In this document: positions 44,052 to 50,611 of the stretch, one piece after another | How the letters are laid out: every line of letters begins with the position of its first letter | Numbering within the stretch: the stretch's first letter is position 1 | IMG/VR virus record: IMGVR_UViG_3300010234_000001 | Span: 1-50,611 of that record | Strand: one strand, 5' to 3' | DNA length: 50,611 bases | DNA from: a virus | Lineage: Duplodnaviria > Heunggongvirae > Uroviricota > Caudoviricetes | Notes under the pieces: generated by a model | Database searches by the model: none | Seen by the model: only the letters and a program-made list of their open reading frames with translations | Told to the model about the DNA's origin: nothing | Program-made: the position numbers and the translations under genes

Positions 44052-44720
44052 ATGGGAACATATTTCGATAAATTTCCAAAGATTCGTTACGACATAATTC
44101 GGGACGGGACGCCAAAATACGTCACGTATACGAACTTGCTCGTCCGCACGGGTATACGCGAAGCGATCAAGAACAACATGTTCTCATATTATGATTATGT
44201 TGTGCCGGAAGGAATGTCTATTGAGATATTGGCGGAACGGTATTACGGAAATCCGCAATTTCATTGGGTAATTATGATGGCAAACGATATGGCCGATCCG
44301 CATCATGACTGGCCTTTGGGACAACTTGCGTTCAACAAATTTATTGTTGCCAAATACGGAAGCATTGCGACGGCAAAAATTACGCCATACAAATACACTA
44401 AAACTATTTCCAGATTTCATATCGCAACCCAAACGACGGACACGACCATACTTGACGTGACGGAGACAGTCTATGACGGACTGGCAGCGTCATCGCTAGT
44501 AACATATAATCTAGAGGATGGAACGTCGGTCGAAGAAACAATCACGCGGGGAATAACCTACGCGTATGATTATGAGGTTGCTCTTAACGAAGAGAAACGA
44601 AACATCAAGCTTATCAAGAGGGAATACCTTCCCGCAATCAAAAAAGAATTTGATGACCTAATGTTTACCGAGGGAAACACAAGTCTCCGTTTCGGTCTTA
44701 GAACTTTAAGGAATTTTTAA
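44052..44720 (+). CDS. 53: baseplate wedge protein (gp53-like)
   Basis: YF..FP.I.Y, E.LA.RYYG....WVI...N...DP..DWPL, Y.YE..LNE.KR.IK. Confidence 0.9.
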   Translation: MGTYFDKFPKIRYDIIRDGTPKYVTYTNLLVRTGIREAIKNNMFSYYDYVVPEGMSIEILAERYYGNPQFHWVIMMANDMADPHHDWPLGQLAFNKFIVAKYGSIATAKITPYKYTKTISRFHIATQTTDTTILDVTETVYDGLAASSLVTYNLEDGTSVEETITRGITYAYDYEVALNEEKRNIKLIKREYLPAIKKEFDDLMFTEGNTSLRFGLRTLRNF

Positions 44721-45932
44721 ATGGCTTTGGCCGAACAATTTATGGAACAAACCGCTTCTTATGATGTTTTTATTGAAGGAATTTCACCCCGATTTGCAAA
44801 TGAAGTAGTGGCGGGGGATATCACGATGATGGAATCATTGCTATCCCCTTCGCTGGAAACTATTGTCAATTTTGAAGCGCCAATCCACGAATCGGACGGC
44901 GTGTCATTCAAGAATTGGGATTTGTTTCGCGGAAACAAGATGACAATCGAATACGGAAACCCGAACATCAGTCCGGGGAGACACCAGAGCGTCACGCAAT
45001 ACATTTATCGCATGGAGAATCGCCAGTACGATAATTCCAACAAAGAAACATTCACGCTGCGCGCCTGCGACGAAACCGTCATCAACAATCAGCGAAGACG
45101 CATGTCCAAGCAATTCGACTGCGAGACGCCAACCACCGTGGCGGGAGAAGCGCTACGCTGCATAGGGGCTAGTCGCGTGGATATGGACGACTCCGGTCCG
45201 ACGCGGAATTACATAGCGGAAAACGTCCATCCGTTCCAAGTGCTATCCGATCAAGCGGACGTAGCGCTATACGGGGATGATCCGTCATTCCTGCATTACA
45301 TGACATATCTTGGCGGGGGGACGCACCATTTTAGATCATTCAAATCCCTGATCGAAAAAGATACCAGATGGGATTATTTCAAGAACGATCCGGGATTTGG
45401 GGGTAGCTTTATGGGAAACCCTTATAACATCATGGCTTACGAGTTTCCTTGCGATTTTGATTTGCTCACGGATATCCTGAATGGCATCAACGATGATGGC
45501 ACCATGGCCCGGTCGCTTACCACCATCAACCCGTTTACCGGGGCTGTAAGCCTTGTGGAAGGCGATTTGACCGCATGCGGGGGTATGGGCGAGGCAATCA
45601 ACGAAGAGGTTGTGAGCGACGCGGGGACGGATAATGAATGCGGCGTGAAGGTTGAAGAGTATCATCTGAAGCGTCAGGCGCGATTGTCGTTGATCCAACC
45701 GGACAAGCTATCCTTGCGAATGGTTGTTCCGTTCAACCCGCTGCTAGTGTGCGGGGATATGATTGATGTGACGTTCCCGATCCGACCAATTCAGGGGCAG
45801 CACACAATCGAGAAAGACTACGGGAGTGGTGAATACATGATCGTGACCCTGAAGCACCAGCTAAGCCAAGGCGCTCACGGGGTCACGATGATAGAGGCGG
45901 TAAGCGATTCGATTCGGAATAACCTAACCTAA
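44721..45932 (+). CDS. baseplate hub protein (gp27-like)
   Basis: Follows gp53; C-terminal VP....L.CGD.I.V...SG.Y.I..L.H hub pattern. Confidence 0.6.
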   Translation: MALAEQFMEQTASYDVFIEGISPRFANEVVAGDITMMESLLSPSLETIVNFEAPIHESDGVSFKNWDLFRGNKMTIEYGNPNISPGRHQSVTQYIYRMENRQYDNSNKETFTLRACDETVINNQRRRMSKQFDCETPTTVAGEALRCIGASRVDMDDSGPTRNYIAENVHPFQVLSDQADVALYGDDPSFLHYMTYLGGGTHHFRSFKSLIEKDTRWDYFKNDPGFGGSFMGNPYNIMAYEFPCDFDLLTDILNGINDDGTMARSLTTINPFTGAVSLVEGDLTACGGMGEAINEEVVSDAGTDNECGVKVEEYHLKRQARLSLIQPDKLSLRMVVPFNPLLVCGDMIDVTFPIRPIQGQHTIEKDYGSGEYMIVTLKHQLSQGAHGVTMIEAVSDSIRNNLT

Positions 45933-46106
45933 TCCCGCAAATGCGATGACGTTCAGCGGGATTGTGAAGAGAACCCAAATCAATAAGCAAATAAAATTGA
46001 TCCAGAATGTAATCCCATAGTCGTCTTGATCCATTCGCAACTTAACGACAATCAAACTAATGGCAACGAAGAATATTCCAAGAAAAATAAAACCAAGGTG
46101 TATCAT
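45924..46106 (-). CDS. small 2-TM membrane protein
   Basis: Hydrophobic ORF. Confidence 0.55.
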   Translation of the reverse strand: MIHLGFIFLGIFFVAISLIVVKLRMDQDDYGITFWINFICLLIWVLFTIPLNVIAFAGLG

Positions 46107-46202
46107 TTTTTGCCCTTTCCCTTTTTCTCCGCGATAACCTCAAGGATATACCAAATAATGAAGATCGCGGTTACGATAATAAAACCAACGGATAAACTCA
46201 CA

Positions 46203-46403
46203 TCAAGCCTCCGAAGTCCCATGGCGGTAGTAGTTCCAAATCCAAGGACTTCCACCACCGCTTAGATTTAGCTGAACAAAAAGGGTAATTCCCGAATCCT
46301 TTCCAATCTGGAAATCATAAAGGGACTTTCCCTTCTCCTTCCGGAGACGAATCTGCTTAGTCCAACGCGTCTCCGGAATTACAAAAATGATATTCATCTT
46401 CAT
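46203..46403 (-). CDS. hypothetical protein
   Basis: Tightly packed ORF. Confidence 0.55.
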   Translation of the reverse strand: MKMNIIFVIPETRWTKQIRLRKEKGKSLYDFQIGKDSGITLFVQLNLSGGGSPWIWNYYRHGTSEA

Positions 46404-46808
46404 CTACCCCCTTTCATCCAGCAATTCTTCAAGATTGGCGAGTTGCATCCCAAGTTCTTGATTTTCATTATGCATCGCCTCAAGTTCCTCCGTCAAATCT
46501 TCAACTTCATCCTCTTCGATGGCTAGATGCAAAGCCAGTTCATCATACTGGCGGGAGAGTGAATCATAGTCCGTATTCAAGTCATCAAATTCCTGACACA
46601 CTTCGGCATGGGAATGCTTCCAGCGCTCATTTTCAATTGACAAACGGATATTCTCCTTGAGTAATTCTTCAATGCCCCCCATTGCTTCAGTCAAAGCATC
46701 AACCGCAAGTTTATTATTTTCGGATAGCTGATAATTCTTAGCGGCAATTTCTTCGCTTCGCTGACATACGCCGTCGTAACGATTTCTCCAATAATCGACA
46801 TCATTCAT
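46404..46808 (-). CDS. acidic coiled-coil protein
   Basis: AAGGA SD; E/D/L-rich heptads. Confidence 0.7.
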   Translation of the reverse strand: MNDVDYWRNRYDGVCQRSEEIAAKNYQLSENNKLAVDALTEAMGGIEELLKENIRLSIENERWKHSHAEVCQEFDDLNTDYDSLSRQYDELALHLAIEEDEVEDLTEELEAMHNENQELGMQLANLEELLDERG

Positions 46809-46826
46809 TTTTCAGTTCCTTTCATG

Positions 46827-47324
46827 TTATGGGATTATGGTGAGTAGTACGAAAGATATTATCATTGCGGCCGATACCATTCCGAAAAGTATACCGATTA
46901 AACCGAATGCTATCGTCAGCCACATAGTAATATCATAGTTAAAGATGTACTTCTTCTCGTGGATTAGGTGTTGAAGATATGTCGAAATCGTCACAAGAAT
47001 GACGAAAATGATGGTAAACCAACCGGCCGCCCATATTAAATCAACAAGCATAACTAAACCACATCTTTCCTTCATTTTCTTCAAGTTTTTTTTCCGAATC
47101 GTTGGATGAACCGGAATGTCAAGATAAATGGACGCTTTCTCGAAAAATTCAAGTTCGGCAGACCCGTCCACCATGATATTCCCCGACGTAAGGCCGTACA
47201 ACCCGTCCGGTTCCTTCATGTATTGGGAAACATAATACATGAAGGAACCGGCGCAGCCAGATTTCCGCGCCTTCCTGCTCGGTGATGGCTGTCTCACTCT
47301 TTTGTTCCGGAACTTCGCTCTCAA
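46827..47324 (-). CDS. hypothetical protein with a C-terminal 2-TM domain (possibly two genes; internal ATG at 47051)
   Basis: Hydrophobic C-terminal half. Confidence 0.5.
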   Translation of the reverse strand: MRAKFRNKRVRQPSPSRKARKSGCAGSFMYYVSQYMKEPDGLYGLTSGNIMVDGSAELEFFEKASIYLDIPVHPTIRKKNLKKMKERCGLVMLVDLIWAAGWFTIIFVILVTISTYLQHLIHEKKYIFNYDITMWLTIAFGLIGILFGMVSAAMIISFVLLTIIP

Positions 47325-47607
47325 TCAAAGAACCCGAATCTAGGTTAAAAAAGTCGTAATCCCTAAATTCCCCAAGAACGGGAATATGATAATCAATCCA
47401 TTCTATTTGATCATCGGTGTACTTTGTTATCCGATTCGAATCATTCGTCCATTCGGAAGTACGTTCGTCCCAAAATGCCTTACGTTCCGAATGATATAGA
47501 ACCGATACGGGTTCGACAAATTCTTCCCAAGCCCAATATCGATTATCCATTCTTATGTTGCTTGGAAGGGAATCACGAATATCCGCATCATATCGTTTCG
47601 CTTCCAT
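47149..47607 (-). CDS. hypothetical protein (5' end possibly frameshifted)
   Basis: ORF; see the finding at 47580..47689. Confidence 0.5.
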   Translation of the reverse strand: MEAKRYDADIRDSLPSNIRMDNRYWAWEEFVEPVSVLYHSERKAFWDERTSEWTNDSNRITKYTDDQIEWIDYHIPVLGEFRDYDFFNLDSGSLIESEVPEQKSETAITEQEGAEIWLRRFLHVLCFPIHEGTGRVVRPYVGEYHGGRVCRT

Positions 47608-47685
47608 GATATGATGCGTAATACCAACACCGGTCCAATAGGGTCTATTACCCGAAACATTTTCCCATTAATACGTATTGCTTAG

Positions 47686-48096
47686 TCATAGGTTTTCCTC
47701 AATATAATTTGCGATGCGTTTAAAATCCTCTTCGTCCCTGTCATTAAGACAAATCAAATCGGCTTCGACATCCGAATTAACTCCAAGTTTTTCCGCCAAC
47801 CAGAATGGAAGTTCCGTGCTGATACCGTTTTTACCAATAGTATGTTCGCTCAAGTTGCACCCGTAATAATACGAGTTATCAGGCTCATGCAGATATCTTT
47901 CCAGCGGACCATTTTCATCGGGGTATTCCGAATTATCATATTCAATGCCTTCGTCCAAGACAATCTCGCAAAGCACGCCAAGGCAGCAATATTTGTCCCC
48001 CGTTACATCCGCACGGCGAAGCGCACCCTGCCCTTGCTCGTAATTGCCGCTCCGCAGGGCGGCAATCCACTTCTCTTTAATTTTCTGTTCCATCAT
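47686..48096 (-). CDS. paralog family A protein (ALRSG..YCCLGVLCE)
   Basis: KWIAALRSGNYEQG...YCCLGVLCE...LND...F..IA.YIE. Confidence 0.8.
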   Translation of the reverse strand: MMEQKIKEKWIAALRSGNYEQGQGALRRADVTGDKYCCLGVLCEIVLDEGIEYDNSEYPDENGPLERYLHEPDNSYYYGCNLSEHTIGKNGISTELPFWLAEKLGVNSDVEADLICLNDRDEEDFKRIANYIEENL

Positions 48097-48410
48097 AAAT
48101 TCCTTTCAATCCAGTCGGCAATGGTTTCGAATGTATCATTATCCGTATCGTTCATTTCGACAAGGGTATCCATTTGGGCTTGACTCAAACCAATTTTGTT
48201 CATCATACGATCCGACAAAACTTCATACGCATCATCCTCGTACATATAGCATTCCAATTTATCATCATATTCGGAAGGAATTCCCATAACTTCGCAAAGC
48301 ACGCCAAGGCAGCAATACCCATCAACATCTTGAAGTCGGGATTGTGTCTGTTTATACTTGCCACTCCGAAGCGCATTAATCCACTCAATTTTCAGGTCGT
48401 TATCCTTCAT
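48093..48410 (-). CDS. paralog family A protein
   Basis: WINALRSGKYKQ...YCCLGVLCE...MND...F..IADWIE. Confidence 0.8.
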   Translation of the reverse strand: MKDNDLKIEWINALRSGKYKQTQSRLQDVDGYCCLGVLCEVMGIPSEYDDKLECYMYEDDAYEVLSDRMMNKIGLSQAQMDTLVEMNDTDNDTFETIADWIERNL

Positions 48411-48879
48411 GACTTTTTCTCCAATCGAAATCCTGATTGGCCCAAAAATTCACTACCGGCTCATTCGGATTGTCCGCAAGATAGCGAAGATAATCCGCCG
48501 CATCTTCCTTGGTTGCATTAAAAGAAGATTCGAATAGACAGTAAGCTTCGGATGAATTCAACCCTAGAAGTTCCGCACCAATATCGGAATAATCAATGCC
48601 ATCCCAATAATGATCTTCTTCTTCCCATGCCAGTCGTTTTTCTTCAATAGTAAGTTTGGCGTCTTGCATAAACTTTTCCGGTTTCAATGCGAAGACGGCA
48701 TAGCCCGCAATGCATGCGGTTGTGTTGCATACATGAATTTCATCTTCGTTGCCGGTGACTTCAAGCCATGATCCCATATAAAATTCGGGACGCGTTTTAC
48801 CATTCGCCTCAATTTCGTCCGCTACTTTTCGTAGCGCATCCGCATTTCTCATTTTTTTGTCTCCTATTCGATTTGTCAT
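48400..48879 (-). CDS. hypothetical phage protein (C.T.ACIAG motif)
   Basis: FYMGSW, CNTTACIAGY, ELLGL...EA..LF. Confidence 0.75.
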   Translation of the reverse strand: MTNRIGDKKMRNADALRKVADEIEANGKTRPEFYMGSWLEVTGNEDEIHVCNTTACIAGYAVFALKPEKFMQDAKLTIEEKRLAWEEEDHYWDGIDYSDIGAELLGLNSSEAYCLFESSFNATKEDAADYLRYLADNPNEPVVNFWANQDFDWRKSHEG

Positions 48880-48885
48880 GAACCG

Positions 48886-48914
48886 GTTATAGCATGCCCG
48901 CTAGGGCGTGTCAA
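48886..48914 (-). promoter_or_regulatory. early promoter
   Basis: Minus strand TTGACA-N17-TATAAC with GCATGC before the -10. Confidence 0.7.
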
Positions 48915-49311
48915 GCGGAATCTCTTCCAGCACGGAAATATCCAGCCCATGATTATTCCCAAGACTATTCAGATTTTGTTTCCAACTGAAAAAGAAATTA
49001 TCCATTTCAGAATTTACTGTCGCCCTGTCATGCGCCATCTGCAACTCCCGGATAAATGCAATTCTCGATTTATCGTATTTTAAATCGCCAATCTGACCTA
49101 TAACTTCTACGGCATTCAAACCCTCGAATTTCTTTTGGTATTTGCTATCCGGAATGAGCCAACCCATTGCGCACTTGCGACCATTCCTCTTTTCGCGATA
49201 TAGGCAGTGGCGTTCCGCATCCACTGATGGTCCCCCCTGCTCTATAATCTTTCGGGTTGTGTAGTCAAAGATTTCTTGAAGAGAACTTAGCGGTGTTACT
49301 TCATTCATCAT
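48901..49311 (-). CDS. paralog family B protein (QGGP..RKCAMGWLIPD)
   Basis: QEIFD...KIIEQGGP.VD...C.YR...GRKCAMGWLIPD...ELQ..HD; start at MMNE. Confidence 0.8.
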   Translation of the reverse strand: MMNEVTPLSSLQEIFDYTTRKIIEQGGPSVDAERHCLYREKRNGRKCAMGWLIPDSKYQKKFEGLNAVEVIGQIGDLKYDKSRIAFIRELQMAHDRATVNSEMDNFFFSWKQNLNSLGNNHGLDISVLEEIPLDTP

Positions 49312-49312
49312 A

Positions 49313-49639
49313 TCATAGCTCCCGTTCGATCCAATCGGCAATCCGATCAAAATCGTGTTGTAAGGTATCATTTCTGCTTGAAAGAACGTGTTGTTGACCC
49401 GGCGTAATTCCAATTTTGTAAAGGAATTGTTCGGACAAGTATCCGGACGATAACTTATCGGGAAACCGGTAAGAATAACTACCGAAATTATTTGGGGTTC
49501 CGGTAATTCCCGCAACTTCGCAAAGCACGCCAAGGCAGCAATACTCATCGCGGATTGACCGCAAACTGCATATCCCCTGTTTGTATTCCCCGCTCCGTAG
49601 CGCTTCAAGCCACTTCTTCTTCAAATCCGGATTCATCAT
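49313..49639 (-). CDS. paralog family A protein
   Basis: KWLEALRSGEYKQG...YCCLGVLCE...ND...F..IADWIE. Confidence 0.8.
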   Translation of the reverse strand: MMNPDLKKKWLEALRSGEYKQGICSLRSIRDEYCCLGVLCEVAGITGTPNNFGSYSYRFPDKLSSGYLSEQFLYKIGITPGQQHVLSSRNDTLQHDFDRIADWIEREL

Positions 49640-50022
49640 TCCAAAACTCCATCCAGCACATCATAATTAAGACCGTGGTTAATAGCAACTACTTTCATCG
49701 AGAAAGGCCAAGTCTTGGAGAAATCATATACTGCGCATCTATCATGCACGGCTTGCAGTTCCGAAATAAATTTGATGTTCGGAACTTCAACGTTCGGATA
49801 AAATATTTTCAGAATATCATCAATGTTATTCTGCTCCATATCCGGAATGTATTCGTTGTCCGGAATGAGCCAGCCCATTGCGCACTTCCGTCCGTCATGG
49901 CGGTAATAGCAAGACGCGTATTCGTCAACGCAAGGACCGCCCTGCTCGATAATCTTGCGAGACACGAAGTCGAAAATATCCTGCTTCGAACTCATAAATG
50001 TTACTTCCGCTTTTTTTGTCAT
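49636..50022 (-). CDS. paralog family B protein
   Basis: QDIFD...KIIEQGGP.VD...CYYR..GRKCAMGWLIPD...ELQ.VHD. Confidence 0.8.
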   Translation of the reverse strand: MTKKAEVTFMSSKQDIFDFVSRKIIEQGGPCVDEYASCYYRHDGRKCAMGWLIPDNEYIPDMEQNNIDDILKIFYPNVEVPNIKFISELQAVHDRCAVYDFSKTWPFSMKVVAINHGLNYDVLDGVLE

Positions 50023-50023
50023 T

Positions 50024-50263
50024 TTAATCTATCTCCGGTTTAAAGGATTTGAGAATGATTGCGCATTCGTACAAGGCTTTTCCCGTATTCCCGCAATCAT
50101 CCATGAGACGTTCATATTGGGCCATATCCGCATTGCGATGCCTCTCCATTTGTTCGGCCGCTATGCGATCAAGATTCATAGCGCCAAGGTAAATCAACAA
50201 GAATATGCCGCCAAACAACATATATGGTATGGCGGATAGTATGAATTTAGTGAAACCAATCAT
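50024..50263 (-). CDS. small membrane-anchored protein
   Basis: N-terminal TM helix, two Cys. Confidence 0.6.
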   Translation of the reverse strand: MIGFTKFILSAIPYMLFGGIFLLIYLGAMNLDRIAAEQMERHRNADMAQYERLMDDCGNTGKALYECAIILKSFKPEID

Positions 50264-50266
50264 GAT

Positions 50267-50536
50267 TCAAAAAATCCCCTTAGCTCTTTCCAGCGCTTCG
50301 CCGAAAGTGTATCGATACCCATGACTAATTTTATTATATTCCCATGGAATATAAGTTAATTCGGGTTTGGACGTTGCCGTCCAAAAATTGGAACCAACGA
50401 GCGGACCATCAACACCATTATGCTTCAGCCATTGGGCCAAGAGGCAATTATTGCAATCGGAGTATCGGTACGATTCATCCGGATCATGACTGGAAAGCCA
50501 GTCGATAAACGCTTTATGGTCATCAAAGTATTTCAT
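50267..50536 (-). CDS. hypothetical protein
   Basis: F..WL....PD..Y.Y.D..NCLLAQW...TFG.AL.R. Confidence 0.7.
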   Translation of the reverse strand: MKYFDDHKAFIDWLSSHDPDESYRYSDCNNCLLAQWLKHNGVDGPLVGSNFWTATSKPELTYIPWEYNKISHGYRYTFGEALERAKGIF

Positions 50537-50564
50537 TTCTCTATCTCCATCTGATTATGCCCAT

Positions 50565-50594
50565 TGTCTAGCATGCCGGGGTATCCCCTGTCAA
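50565..50594 (-). promoter_or_regulatory. early promoter of the minus-strand cluster
   Basis: Minus strand TTGACA-N18-TAGACA with GCATGC. Confidence 0.55.
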
Positions 50595-50611
50595 CCCCCC
50601 TATGGGCATTT

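Noticed and set aside
47655-47670. G GGA AAA as a -1 slippery site
   Set aside because: The -1 frame closes after a few dozen codons and does not join the downstream gene; joining needs +1.
1-50611. CRISPR array, DGR or retron, IS elements, rRNA
   Set aside because: No regularly spaced repeats, reverse transcriptase, transposase or rRNA-like sequence seen. The three 26-nt repeats are intragenic and irregularly spaced.
1-50611. Numerous antisense and nested ORFs in the track (e.g. 5596..6117, 8090..8566, 11520..11933, 38837..39427)
   Set aside because: They overlap well-supported genes and lack SD sites or recognisable motifs.
1-50611. Impression that CCGG/TCCGGA is over-represented
   Set aside because: It cannot be quantified by eye and may reflect CCG-GAA/GAT codon pairs. 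It needs a Markov-corrected tetranucleotide count before any claim.

Overview
A 50.6-kb segment of a large T4-superfamily myovirus genome. It carries genes like gp61, gp59, gp32, gp33, rnh, denA, rnlA, gp2, gp4, gp26, gp48, gp51, gp53 and gp54. It uses TATAAATA-type late promoters and TTGACA-N16-18 early promoters. The host is probably an alphaproteobacterium, inferred from a permuted two-piece tmRNA and a relic acceptor with a GGCGGUA T-loop. Layout: (1) 1-9.8 kb, an accessory translation and RNA-repair region with 3 tRNAs, GIY-YIG homing endonucleases, a truncated GGQ release-factor-like gene whose stop codon lies inside tRNA-Ser, split PNK kinase and phosphatase genes, RNA ligase 1, SLOG and HD proteins, and a 2-TM paralog array; (2) 9.8-17.7 kb, late genes including modular candidate internal-head polyproteins, a LysM protein, an Ig-domain virion protein, a GH19 endolysin and a holin-like gene; (3) 17.7-35.9 kb, replication and nucleotide metabolism (primase, ThyX, intein-containing class II RNR, glutaredoxin), an HtrA-like protease, a homing-endonuclease-associated two-piece tmRNA locus and an unclassified structured RNA; (4) 35.9-45.9 kb, a baseplate and tail module with a candidate -1 frameshift fusing the gp26-like and gp51-like genes ahead of a tape-measure-like gene; (5) 45.9-50.6 kb, minus-strand early genes with paralog arrays. 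The best candidate for a new system is a phage ribosome-rescue circuit. RNase P processing of tRNA-Ser would turn the GGQ-factor mRNA into a non-stop message, placing it under tmRNA control, and the phage encodes its own tmRNA with an unusually long tag. All family assignments are from motif recognition by eye; no searches were run.
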